From: Candidatus Udaeobacter sp.
Lineage (GTDB): Bacteria > Verrucomicrobiota > Verrucomicrobiia > Chthoniobacterales > UBA10450
DNA length: 64,000 nucleotides
NCBI GenBank assembly: GCA_036278715.1
Contig: DASUKN010000105.1
Coordinates: 6,042 to 70,041 of the forward strand
Direction: 5' to 3'
Shown piece by piece: positions 63,894-64,000 of this stretch (its first letter is position 1; every line of letters begins with the position of its first letter). Position numbers and translations under genes: made by a program. The notes below the pieces were generated by a model that saw only the letters and a program-made list of their open reading frames with translations, made no database searches and was not told where the DNA came from.

Positions 63894-64000
63894 TTATTTT
63901 CGTGTCGCGACGATCAGGTTAGCTTCCTTATAATTCCAGCGATAACCGAACCCGAATTCGAGCGCCGGCGGATTCGTTTGCTGGTAAAGCTCACGCAGGT
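63894..64000 (-). CDS. 3' end of a gene running into the window (C-terminus ...LEFGFGYRWNYKEANLIVATRK, beta-barrel-like)
   Basis: Minus-strand frame is open from the window edge to the TAA (rc of 63894-63896). Alternating aromatic/hydrophobic residues suggest an outer-membrane protein. Confidence 0.4.
   Translation of the reverse strand, partial: LRELYQQTNPPALEFGFGYRWNYKEANLIVATRK

Noticed and set aside
1-64000. Scan for CRISPR arrays, tRNA/rRNA genes, transposases, integrases and toxin-antitoxin pairs.
   Set aside because: I noticed no regularly spaced direct repeats, no cloverleaf-like or rRNA-like segments, and no DDE/tyrosine-recombinase/RT motifs in any listed ORF. A tRNAscan/Infernal run would be needed to exclude small RNAs formally.

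Overview
64-kb chromosomal segment, densely coding on both strands. I found no rRNA, tRNA, CRISPR array, transposase, integrase or reverse-transcriptase genes. Several features suggest a soil Verrucomicrobiota/PVC-type bacterium (inference only): a PEP-CTERM protein with a VPDAGST anchor and autotransporter-associated beta-strand repeats, a UBact-proteasome operon, a futalosine-pathway radical SAM enzyme, and several families of short palindromic repeats. Most genes are housekeeping or envelope functions: HtrA, CPBP protease, RidA, KirBac channel, PtsN-like EIIA, FabG, an IcmF-type B12 mutase, MutM, UDG, SPFH, DAO-like oxidase, SodC, YbaK-like deacylase, NfeD, BamA-Skp-DUF3108, cell-wall amidases, ABC exporter, FolB, NUDIX, TatC, prepilin peptidase, NagA, GT28, YihY. 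Stand-outs: (1) A tandem pair of giant secreted thaumatin-like proteins (14925-21554). They share a signal peptide and a ~95-aa coiled-coil tail, and each is followed by a small secreted partner ORF. About 650 bp of DNA at each cassette's 3' end is near-identical although the gene bodies are highly diverged. (2) A divergently transcribed two-gene caspase-like operon (11917-14556), one gene fused to an alpha/beta-hydrolase-like domain. (3) A translationally coupled UBact(Pup-like)-prcB-prcA proteasome operon (45189-46965), with no ligase, deamidase or ATPase genes in the window. (4) Short palindromic/MITE-like repeats sitting in frame inside genes (DAO-like oxidase, IcmF linker) and in the gap that splits IcmF into two ORFs. 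(5) A TcmP/DUF5131 gene remnant, a J-domain/TonB-C fusion, an orphan flavin-dependent halogenase and a prepilin peptidase with a large insertion. CDS coordinates include the stop codon. Several starts were moved downstream of the ORF-track start, as explained per feature. Coordinates of non-coding features are approximate to a few nt.
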